NCBI GenBank assembly: GCA_943371965.1
Contig: CALRWV020000012.1
Location: forward strand, 14,449-78,448
Direction: 5' to 3'
DNA length: 64,000 nucleotides
Source of the DNA: Prosthecochloris vibrioformis
GTDB lineage: Bacteria; Bacteroidota; JABWAT01
Under the pieces are notes generated by a model. That model was not told the DNA's origin and searched no databases. It saw nothing but the letters and a program-made list of their open reading frames with translations. The translations under genes were made by a program, and so were the position numbers. This document shows positions 1 through 7,942 of the stretch, piece by piece. How positions within the stretch are numbered: the first letter of the stretch is position 1; every line of letters begins with the position of its first letter.

Positions 1-1913
1 TGCCATCCTTCACCAAGTTCCATTCCTGCAAGAATGTTGATGATATGAGGACGGTCAAATTCAAAATAATATGCAGGTAGTGAAGAGTTATCCTGGCGTT
101 TTGATACTGAATATGAATAGGATGCACTACCGACAAAACCACCGGAAAACTTTTTCTGAACGGAGAATTCAACTCCACGTGCATAACCGGTTCCCGTATT
201 CAATAAAAGAGTTGAGCTGTCAGGATCTGTAATTACATGTGACAAATCTTTGTTGTAGGCTTCAATGGTCAAACGGGTATCATCTGAAAGCCTGTGGTCA
301 ATTCCGGCAACAAGATGAACAGCACTGCTGTTTCTCAGAGCGAGATTTCGGGCATCAGGTGAGATTTGATAACTTGCCGGTGACTGAAAATACTTTCCGT
401 ATGCAAAGTTAAGAGAGGTTGATTCCAACAACCGGTAAGATACAGAAATCCGGGGACTGAAATTTCCTTCATTAATCAATGCAAATTGATCGTACCGGAT
501 TCCTGCCGATAGTGTTAGGGGATCAAAAATCTGGTAAGTTGTCTGAATGAAAAAAGCTGTTTTATTTGTTAGGTTCGGACGGAAAGAAATTGATGTTGCC
601 GGAATGATCACTCCATTTCGGGTAGTATCTTCTGGTGTCCAGGAAATGTTTTTGGAATCAATGATTTTTGCCATGCCTCCAATTTTAAGGTCAAGTTCCG
701 GGGAAACCTGGTAAGTATATTCTGATTTCACGGAATACTCATTTTCAAGAATTTCTTCGCCGCGGAGTGTATGGTTGGTTTGTGTTCCCTGATTGGTTGT
801 CCATCCGTTTCCTGTACTGGAAACAGTTGTTGTTAGAAATGAACGGCTTGATAGAAGTGAGCGCCAGTTTAATCCGAAAGCAGTTCCATAATCATCACGT
901 ACAAGGTAATCATATTTGCTGCCGGCTGTCTCCTTGGTTGTTCCGATTCTGTCAATTTGGTCAATGTAATAGAACCCAACAAAACTGATTCTGTTATTTG
1001 AATTCAGATCGTATGTGATTTTTCCGACGGCATCATAATACCGGGGTGCAGCGGGTTTATTGAAAAGTGAGGTTAGAATATCGAGAAACCCGCGTCTGAC
1101 TGAAAAGATCATTGAGCTGTTTTCCGTTAACGGACCATCTGCCATCAATCCGAATCCGGCAATGTTGATATTTACATCGGTATTGAAGAGTTCTCTGTTA
1201 CCATCCTGCAGCTTCATATCAAAAACTGAAGACATTTTATCACCGTATCTGGAAGGGAATCCGCCTGAAAGAAAATCAACTTTTTCAAGCAGTGCCGGAT
1301 TGATAATGCTCACGATTCCCATCGATTCACCGGTTCTGGCAAAATGGATTGGGTTGTAAATTTCTATATTATCGAGCAAAGTGAGGTTTTCATCCGGACT
1401 TCCACCTCTAACAATTAACTGTGCACTTTTTCCTCCGGCTGTGGCAACACCCGGCATTGACTGCATAACCCTGAAAATATCTTCCGCTGAACCTGGGGAG
1501 CGTCTTATTTCTTCAGGTGAAATGGTCCGGATGCTGACAACATTTTCCAGCGGTTTTACGAAGTAATCACTTTGAACCATCACTTCATCAATATTCAATG
1601 TTGAAGAATTGAGTTCAAATGAAATCTTTTTATTTCTTGAAGGACTTACAACCACGTCGGCATTTGTGGAACTTTCATAACCTATAAATGAAGCTTTGAC
1701 CGTGTATTTTCCAGATGGTACATTTTTTATTGCAAAATATCCCCTGCTGTCACACATTGCTCCAAGCGAAGTTCCCATTAATACAACGTTTGCCCCCTGA
1801 AGCGGCTGGTTTGTTATGCCATCACGAACCTCGCCTGATATGGAGCCGTTGCTTATCTGGGCTGCAGCAAAAAAAGGAAAGATGAAAAGAAGAAAAAAAA
1901 TAATATGATGCAT
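1..1913 (-). CDS. TonB-dependent receptor (partial, C-terminus outside the window) with N-terminal CarboxypepD_reg-like domain and plug
   Basis: Not in the ORF track because it runs off the window. My translation from the ATG at 1913 reads MHHIIFFLLFIFPFFAAAQ (signal peptide), then GYFAIKNVPSGKYTVKASFIGYES (carboxypeptidase-regulatory-like fold), then plug motifs SPEEIRRSPGSAEDIFRVMQSMPGV and LIVRGGSPDENLTLLDNIEIYNP. I translated about the first 320 codons (down to ~950) and met no stop; 1-950 was not translated and is assigned only because the + strand there carries nothing but short ORFs. Confidence 0.8.
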   Translation of the reverse strand, partial: MHHIIFFLLFIFPFFAAAQISNGSISGEVRDGITNQPLQGANVVLMGTSLGAMCDSRGYFAIKNVPSGKYTVKASFIGYESSTNADVVVSPSRNKKISFELNSSTLNIDEVMVQSDYFVKPLENVVSIRTISPEEIRRSPGSAEDIFRVMQSMPGVATAGGKSAQLIVRGGSPDENLTLLDNIEIYNPIHFARTGESMGIVSIINPALLEKVDFLSGGFPSRYGDKMSSVFDMKLQDGNRELFNTDVNINIAGFGLMADGPLTENSSMIFSVRRGFLDILTSLFNKPAAPRYYDAVGKITYDLNSNNRISFVGFYYIDQIDRIGTTKETAGSKYDYLVRDDYGTAFGLNWRSLLSSRSFLTTTVSSTGNGWTTNQGTQTNHTLRGEEILENEYSVKSEYTYQVSPELDLKIGGMAKIIDSKNISWTPEDTTRNGVIIPATSISFRPNLTNKTAFFIQTTYQIFDPLTLSAGIRYDQFALINEGNFSPRISVSYRLLESTSLNFAYGKYFQSPASYQISPDARNLALRNSSAVHLVAGIDHRLSDDTRLTIEAYNKDLSHVITDPDSSTLLLNTGTGYARGVEFSVQKKFSGGFVGSASYSYSVSKRQDNSSLPAYYFEFDRPHIINILAGMELGEGW

Positions 1914-1985
1914 GATTGATTCCTGACAAATTGAGTGATTGAAATTTTCATTTCCTCAAATGTAGGGAAGACAACATGCGTACAT

Positions 1986-2000
1986 TGTAACATTGGTTAC
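1986..2000 (-). promoter_or_regulatory. 15-nt palindromic motif TGTAACATTGGTTAC (GTAAC-N4-GTTAC), copy 1, upstream of the TonB-dependent receptor
   Basis: Identical 15-mer to 3414-3428. It lies 21 nt upstream (minus-strand sense) of the -7-like box TACATTTG (1957-1964) and 73-87 nt from the ATG at 1913. Confidence 0.35.
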
Positions 2001-2102
2001 ACTTCAGAAAGAACAAATGCAACAATAATCTTTGATTAATTTATGAGGGAATAGATTTCTTCCCAACTTTTTATTGGAGTGAGGAGCAATAGGAATAAAG
2101 TG

Positions 2103-2891
2103 TTATTTGCTGGAAAGTTTTCGCATTTCAAGTGGAACATCAGTCATAATTCCGTCACAGCCGAGCGTTATTGCTTTTTCAACTTCTATAATATTTTGGG
2201 TTGTATAGGCAATCATTTTAACTCCGGTGGAACTTGAAAAAGTGTAAAGGCTTTTTGACATGTTGTCGATTGACATCAAGCAATATCCGAAATGATGTGA
2301 TACTGCAGTTTTTACACCGAGCTCATTTTCATCAATGGCGAGTTGAATACCGCTGTCCTTTTGCTGAATGTAATCAAGATTTGCAGCATCAACTGAAGTA
2401 ATAACAATTTTGGAATGCAGATTATTTTTTTGAATGATTTCAATAAGCTGGTCGATCAGCCTGTAGAGTGTTTCTTCACCCTGACCTCTTTTCAAATCAA
2501 AGAAAACCAGATTGAACTTGTCTTTGTACAAATCAATGAATTCATTAAGTGTCAGACCTGTTCCGCCCAATTTGACAGATATTCCCTTTTTGATTTCTGT
2601 GGGTGTTTTTTCAGTTAATGGTCCAGTCATATTGGTCAGTCTTGAAATTTCCGGATCATGGAAAATCATAACCGAATCACCTGCAGCCATCAGAATATCG
2701 GTTTCAACAGAATAAATTCCGGCGCCGATAAGTCCGTCAAATGATTCTTTGGTATTTTCCGGAAATAAGATCGGCAATCCGCGGTGTCCGATTGTGATGG
2801 GTTCTGAAGTTGGAATTTCCGATTCACAGCCAATCAGACCAAATAATACGGTAACCCAGATAAACACCGATTTCGAAATAAATTTTTTCAT
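2103..2891 (-). CDS. Glycerophosphodiester phosphodiesterase (GDPD family) lipoprotein
   Basis: Lipobox LFGLIGC. GDPD motifs ITIGHRGLPILFPENTKESF and ETDILMAAGDSVMIFHD. Confidence 0.85.
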   Translation of the reverse strand: MKKFISKSVFIWVTVLFGLIGCESEIPTSEPITIGHRGLPILFPENTKESFDGLIGAGIYSVETDILMAAGDSVMIFHDPEISRLTNMTGPLTEKTPTEIKKGISVKLGGTGLTLNEFIDLYKDKFNLVFFDLKRGQGEETLYRLIDQLIEIIQKNNLHSKIVITSVDAANLDYIQQKDSGIQLAIDENELGVKTAVSHHFGYCLMSIDNMSKSLYTFSSSTGVKMIAYTTQNIIEVEKAITLGCDGIMTDVPLEMRKLSSK

Positions 2892-3360
2892 CCGGTTTAT
2901 ATCTTTCTGTGTATTTAATGGAGTTGGGTAAAGTAAATTTCTGATTGAAATATTTCACAAGAACCAGTTCCTGTCCTACAATCCAGTGATCATTGAAAAT
3001 GGATTGGTAGCCCAAAGTGAAATGGGCAGTTTGAATTTCAAATTTGTATTCCTTTTTCTGGATCAGTGAAAAATATCCGTATCCCAGAGAAGTGTAAAAC
3101 TGGTTGATTCCTTCATTGAAGAAATATTTTCCAGTAAAAGTAAATGAATTCAAAAACTCACTACCATAACCGACTTCAATGGCGTATCTGTTATCGTAAA
3201 CCGTATTCAAATGATAAAAAGCACCGGATTGATGAATCCCCTGATAACCAATCAGTGCTGAGGTTGACCAATTTGTAAAGTTGGAAAGCGAATCTTGTGT
3301 TTGGGAATAAACTGAAGTCGAAATCAGAAATGCAAAAATTAACAATCGGTTTTTTATCAT
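2824..3360 (-). CDS. Small secreted protein, probable outer-membrane beta-barrel (hypothetical)
   Basis: Signal peptide MIKNRLLIFAFLISTSVYSQ. Alternating aromatic/Gly-rich strands (GYQG, VGYGSEF, SLGYGYF, TLGYQS). Its 3' end overlaps the downstream GDPD gene by 68 nt. Confidence 0.5.
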   Translation of the reverse strand: MIKNRLLIFAFLISTSVYSQTQDSLSNFTNWSTSALIGYQGIHQSGAFYHLNTVYDNRYAIEVGYGSEFLNSFTFTGKYFFNEGINQFYTSLGYGYFSLIQKKEYKFEIQTAHFTLGYQSIFNDHWIVGQELVLVKYFNQKFTLPNSIKYTERYKPDEKIYFEIGVYLGYRIIWSDWL

Positions 3361-3413
3361 TTAAAGCCCAAATTTTTGTTGGTGTAAAGGTAATTGGTTG
3401 TTAACAGGGAATA

Positions 3414-3428
3414 TGTAACATTGGTTAC
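3414..3428 (-). promoter_or_regulatory. 15-nt palindromic motif TGTAACATTGGTTAC, copy 2, upstream of the small OMP / GDPD genes
   Basis: Identical to 1986-2000. It again lies exactly 21 nt upstream of a -7-like box (TACCTTTA, 3385-3392) and 54-68 nt from the ATG at 3360. Confidence 0.35.
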
Positions 3429-3430
3429 CT

Positions 3431-3569
3431 ACAAACAAAAAAGGCGAATTTTTCAATTCGCCTTTTTTATAAATTCCGGTTTTCATTCTCCCGTTTTCAG
3501 TCTGCTTTTTTAATCTTTCCACTCAACAACAAAATCATTTGTGCCACTGTTCAAAAATCTGTAAAATTA
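3431..3569 (-). repeat. Orphan copy (A) of the 3' coding end, 3'UTR and terminator of the PD40 lipoprotein gene at 9352-10434
   Basis: About 120 nt align at roughly 80% identity by eye with 9278-9397. The minus-strand frame reads ...FLNSGTNDFVVEWKD* versus ...VRNRSTNVFVAEWKD* in the intact gene. This frame is open only over 3510-3566. Confidence 0.7.
3437..3468. terminator. Bidirectional rho-independent terminator hairpin (orphan)
   Basis: aaaaaAAGGCGAATTtttcAATTCGCCTTtttt: a 10-bp stem, 4-nt loop, A-run on the left and T-run on the right. Confidence 0.6.
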
Positions 3570-4018
3570 ATAAGTGGTATTTTCAGGTATTTGAAATGAC
3601 AATCCGTGATCTCAGGTTGTTTCCGGTTCTGAAGTTTGCATAATGAAATGAGCCTGTTATCCTTGAAACAGGATTTATCGAGTATTATATTCTCAATGAA
3701 AATAATTGTTTAAATCGAAAAACTGATTTTAATAGTTTTCTTGGGCAAATTTCTTATTTTTGCCTTCAATCAATTTGCCGATGGAATTTCTTTTGTAAAC
3801 GGGTAAGGTTTCGGCATTTCAAGCAAACAGTGACTGCAATTATGAATCTTAACAGATCATGGAATTGCGGTTGCTATAAAAAAAATTAAATCAAAAACCG
3901 GTAATGTATAAAAAAATAACTGATTTGGCTTGAACTGACCAGATTCTGTTGCCGGCATTTATTTTGACAAACTAAAAAAAACTCAAAGAATCAGACTAAT
4001 GTGGGGAATAAACAAGTG

Positions 4019-4384
4019 ATGAAAATCATGGTTGTTGATGATGAAAAGGATGTTCAGTTTTTATTTGAGCAGAGTTTCAGAAAAGAAATAAAATCGGGCA
4101 GAATTGCTTTCCGGTTTGCCTTTTCAGGGGAAGAGGCCTGTGATTATCTCAGATCGAACGGGTCAGATAATGTTACCCAGATTATGTCTGATATCAATAT
4201 GCCGGGCATGAATGGATTGGAATTATTGAGATGGGTAAAAAATCACTTTCCTGAATTGAAAGTGGCAATGATAACCGCTTATGCCGATGAGAAAAACTTT
4301 CAGACGGCAAAGGAATATGGATGTGATGATTATTTGACCAAACCCCTGGACATCGGAAAGTTAAGGGATAAAGTTTTGTTCTAA
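4019..4384 (+). CDS. Single-domain response regulator (CheY-like receiver)
   Basis: MKIMVVDDEKD, phospho-acceptor context SDINMPGMNG, and conserved T/K (ITAYAD, LTKP). The track ORF starts at a GTG at 4001; the ATG at 4019 gives the canonical receiver N-terminus. Confidence 0.85.
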   Translation: MKIMVVDDEKDVQFLFEQSFRKEIKSGRIAFRFAFSGEEACDYLRSNGSDNVTQIMSDINMPGMNGLELLRWVKNHFPELKVAMITAYADEKNFQTAKEYGCDDYLTKPLDIGKLRDKVLF

Positions 4385-4439
4385 TCAAAAACAACGGAAT
4401 TGTTTTTAAAGTAATGAAGAAAAAGCGGCAGGAAGAAGC

Positions 4440-7400
4440 ATGAATAAACCCGTTGGAGAGAGTAAATCACCTGATAGTGAAAATGCAGATCTAAGGAAAA
4501 AAATTGCTCAAAAAGAAGCTGAACTTGCCATCATCACAAGTGTGCAGGAAGGGTTGGCAAAAAAAATTGATATTAAAGGGATATATGAACTGGTTGGTGA
4601 GAAAATAAGGGAAATATTTAATGCCCAGGTAATAGATATAGTTACTTATGATAAGACCACCGATATGATAGAAGATTGTTATTCCTATGAAAAAGGCGAC
4701 CGTACTTTAGTTGGTCCAAGACTGCTGACAGGTTTCCGGAAACATGTGATTGAAACAGTAAAACCATTGGTAATCAATAATGATATTGAGAAGGCTATGG
4801 TAACCTACCACAATTCAGTTATGGTTGGAGTAGCTTCAAAATCAAGTTTATTTGTTCCGATGGTTGCTGGTGATGAAGTAACAGGCGTAATCAGTCTGCA
4901 GAATACGGATATCGAAAATGCATTTTCAGATTCGGACGTCAGTTTGCTTTCCACACTTGCAAACAGTATGAGTTTGGCTTTGGAAAATGCAAGGTTATTT
5001 GGCGAAACAAACAGGTTGCTGAATGAAACAGAACAGCGGACAGCTGAATTGGCAATCATCAACAGCGTGGGTGAAGCCATGGCCAAACAGCTTGATGTTG
5101 TTACGGTCACTAAAATTGTTGGAGATAAAGTCCGCGAAATATTCAGGGCTGAAGTAACAGAAATTCTTCTGCTTGAAAATGAAACAGGAGTTATCAGCGT
5201 TCCCTTTTCATACATTAAAGGCTATCAGACTGTTGAACCATTTTTGTTGGGATCTGGTTTGACATCAACAGTTATCAATACAAGAAAGCCGCTTTTACTG
5301 CTCAGTTCGGATGAACAGCGTTTGCATGGAGCCATTACTGATGAAAGCATAGGTGAAGCTGATTGGACTGAAACTTATCTTGGAGTTCCGATATTATTCA
5401 ATGATAATATTCTGGGGGTTGTCAGCATTCAGAGTTACCAGAGAAATGCCTATGATGAAAAAAATTTACGTCTTTTATCAACACTTTCTGCAAACATGGG
5501 TATTGCATTGCAAAATGCACGTTTATTTGCTGAAACAAATAAACTGCTTGAGGAATCAAAGCAGCAAACCATAGAATTGGGTATCATCAACAGTGTGGGT
5601 GAAGGTCTGGCCAGACAGTTGGATTTCCAGTCAATCATTGATCTGGTCGGAGATAAAATAAGAGAAGTTTTTAATGCTCAGGTTGTTACAATTTCAACAT
5701 TTGATGCAGATTCTCACACCATTAACCATTATTATGTTGTTGAAAGGGAAGAAAGATTTTATTTCAATAAATCATTGAAGATTGATCCGGACAGGGAAGA
5801 AATTATTAATACAAAACTTCCCTTGATTTTCGGATCAAGTCAGGAAATTATTGATCATAGTGGTCTTCAGGTTCTTGACGGCGAAATGCCGGAATCTTTT
5901 ATGGGCGTTCCGATAATTCATAATGGAAAAGTTACTGGAGTTATTACAGTTCAGGATCTGGACAGGAAGAATCTTTACTCTGAAAAAGACGGTAAGCTGC
6001 TTCTTACCCTTGCTTCAAATATGGGAGTTGCACTTGAGAATGCAAGATTATTTGAAGAAACAAAACGGTTGTTGTCTGAAACCCAGCAGAGGAATATTGA
6101 ACTCGCAATTTTGAATGCCATCCAGGAAGGGTTGGTTATGGAAATGGATTTCAATTCCATCATCAATCTTGTTGGCGATAAATTCAGGGAAATGTTGGGC
6201 TTCATGGATCTTGGTATCCGGATTTATGACAGAGAAAAAAACGTTCTGCACTTCCCCTATGAATATGAACATGGCGAAAGATTGTTTATTGAATCAATGG
6301 CGCCAACCCCTTATTCCAGATATGTTCTTGATACCGGAAAAGTTCTGCTGCTGAAAAAAAATACTGTTGAAGAAGCAGCTAAATTGGGCATAACTGAAGA
6401 AGCAACTATTCCGGGAACTGACAGAAGCAAGTCTCTGGTTTTTGTTCCGATCATTGTTGGAACTGTTGCAAAAGGACTGATACTGATTGAAAATTATGAA
6501 AAGGAAGACGCATACAGCGAGTCAGAAGTCAGACTGTTAACCACTATTGCAAACAGCATGAGTATTGCGCTTGAAAATGCACGGTTATATGATGAAGCAT
6601 TGAGGCTGCTTGAAGAAAGCAAAAAAAGAGCTGCAGAACTGGGAACAGTAAACAGTATCAGCCGTGCAATTGCCGGACATCTTGAAATTGATAAATTGAT
6701 TTATCTGGTGGGTGAAAAAGTACGGGCGTTATTCAATGCAAGTATTGTTTATGTTGCCTTGCTGAATAAGGAAAAAGGAATCATAGAATTTCCGTATGGT
6801 TATGGTGATGAATATCCGCCTCTGAAACTTGGTGAAGGACTGACCTCACGTATCATTCTGAAAAAAGAACCGCTTCTTATCAATAATGAACTTGACCGTA
6901 AAACAGAAGAACTTGGAATTTCAAGTATTGGAACGCGTTCAGCTTCGTATCTTGGTGTACCCATTCCTGTTGGGGATGACATTATTGGGGTTCTGAGTGT
7001 ACAGAGTTCGGAAAAGGAAAACATTTTCAACGGGGACGATTTAAGATTGTTGGGAACAATTGCATCACACGTGGGAATTGCCATCAATAATGCAAATTCG
7101 TACAGAGAATTAAATAAAACTCTGGCTGACCTTCAGTCAACACAGGATCAGCTTATAGCCCAGGAAAAACTTGCTTCACTTGGCCAGTTGACTGCAGGAA
7201 TAGCTCATGAAATAAAAAACCCGTTGAATTTTGTAAATAATTTTTCTGAGTTGTCAATTGGATTGCTTGATGACTTGAATGATGAACTTCAAAAGCACAA
7301 ATCCAAATTGGATCCTGACTCGCTGGTTGAAATGAATGATATCATATCAACTTTGAAAAAAAATTCCGGAAAAATAAATGAACACGGAAAACGGGCAGAC

Positions 7401-7940
7401 AGCATTGTTCACAGTATGCTGCAGCACTCAAGGGGAAAAACCGGCGAAAAACAACTGTCGGATATCAACACCATGCTCGATGAAGATCTCAATCTTGTTT
7501 ATCATGGTATGCGTGCCCTTGACGGCACATTCAATATTAAAATCGAACGCGATTACGATCAGAATCTGAGCCGGGTAAATATTATTCCGCAGGATATGAG
7601 CAGGGTATTTCTGAATATCTTAACCAATGGGTGCTACGAATCGAACAGAAAAAAAATGGAGTTGAAGACAGACGAACCGGCAATAATTAAAGTAAAAACT
7701 TCTGAAACGAGTTCATTTGTTGAAATAAGAATAAGAGACAACGGTCACGGAATTCCGGAAAAGATAAGAAACAAACTTTTCACTCCGTTCTTTACAACAA
7801 AACCAACCGGAAAAGGAACAGGACTCGGGCTTTCTATCAGCTATGATATTGTGGTGGGTGAACACCACGGAGAACTTTCATTCGAATCCGTTGAAGGGCA
7901 ATTCACAGAATTTTTAATCAGGCTTCCAAAAAACAAGTAA
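4440..7940 (+). CDS. Cytoplasmic sensor histidine kinase with five tandem GAF domains, HisKA and HATPase_c
   Basis: Five ~175-aa modules, each opened by a linker such as ALENARLF-ET--LL-E--QRT-ELAIINSVGE. H-box LTAGIAHEIKNPLNF, N-box NILTNGCYES, G-boxes RDNGHGIP and GKGTGLGLS. No transmembrane segment seen. Confidence 0.9.
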   Translation: MNKPVGESKSPDSENADLRKKIAQKEAELAIITSVQEGLAKKIDIKGIYELVGEKIREIFNAQVIDIVTYDKTTDMIEDCYSYEKGDRTLVGPRLLTGFRKHVIETVKPLVINNDIEKAMVTYHNSVMVGVASKSSLFVPMVAGDEVTGVISLQNTDIENAFSDSDVSLLSTLANSMSLALENARLFGETNRLLNETEQRTAELAIINSVGEAMAKQLDVVTVTKIVGDKVREIFRAEVTEILLLENETGVISVPFSYIKGYQTVEPFLLGSGLTSTVINTRKPLLLLSSDEQRLHGAITDESIGEADWTETYLGVPILFNDNILGVVSIQSYQRNAYDEKNLRLLSTLSANMGIALQNARLFAETNKLLEESKQQTIELGIINSVGEGLARQLDFQSIIDLVGDKIREVFNAQVVTISTFDADSHTINHYYVVEREERFYFNKSLKIDPDREEIINTKLPLIFGSSQEIIDHSGLQVLDGEMPESFMGVPIIHNGKVTGVITVQDLDRKNLYSEKDGKLLLTLASNMGVALENARLFEETKRLLSETQQRNIELAILNAIQEGLVMEMDFNSIINLVGDKFREMLGFMDLGIRIYDREKNVLHFPYEYEHGERLFIESMAPTPYSRYVLDTGKVLLLKKNTVEEAAKLGITEEATIPGTDRSKSLVFVPIIVGTVAKGLILIENYEKEDAYSESEVRLLTTIANSMSIALENARLYDEALRLLEESKKRAAELGTVNSISRAIAGHLEIDKLIYLVGEKVRALFNASIVYVALLNKEKGIIEFPYGYGDEYPPLKLGEGLTSRIILKKEPLLINNELDRKTEELGISSIGTRSASYLGVPIPVGDDIIGVLSVQSSEKENIFNGDDLRLLGTIASHVGIAINNANSYRELNKTLADLQSTQDQLIAQEKLASLGQLTAGIAHEIKNPLNFVNNFSELSIGLLDDLNDELQKHKSKLDPDSLVEMNDIISTLKKNSGKINEHGKRADSIVHSMLQHSRGKTGEKQLSDINTMLDEDLNLVYHGMRALDGTFNIKIERDYDQNLSRVNIIPQDMSRVFLNILTNGCYESNRKKMELKTDEPAIIKVKTSETSSFVEIRIRDNGHGIPEKIRNKLFTPFFTTKPTGKGTGLGLSISYDIVVGEHHGELSFESVEGQFTEFLIRLPKNK

Positions 7941-7942
7941 TT

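Noticed and set aside
3842-3886. Tiny ORFs in the 3471-4000 leader, for example MNLNRSWNCGCYKKN
   Set aside because: They are too short and unsupported by any coupling signal I could see. Cross-genome conservation was not testable here. They are noted only as part of the long leader of the regulator operon.
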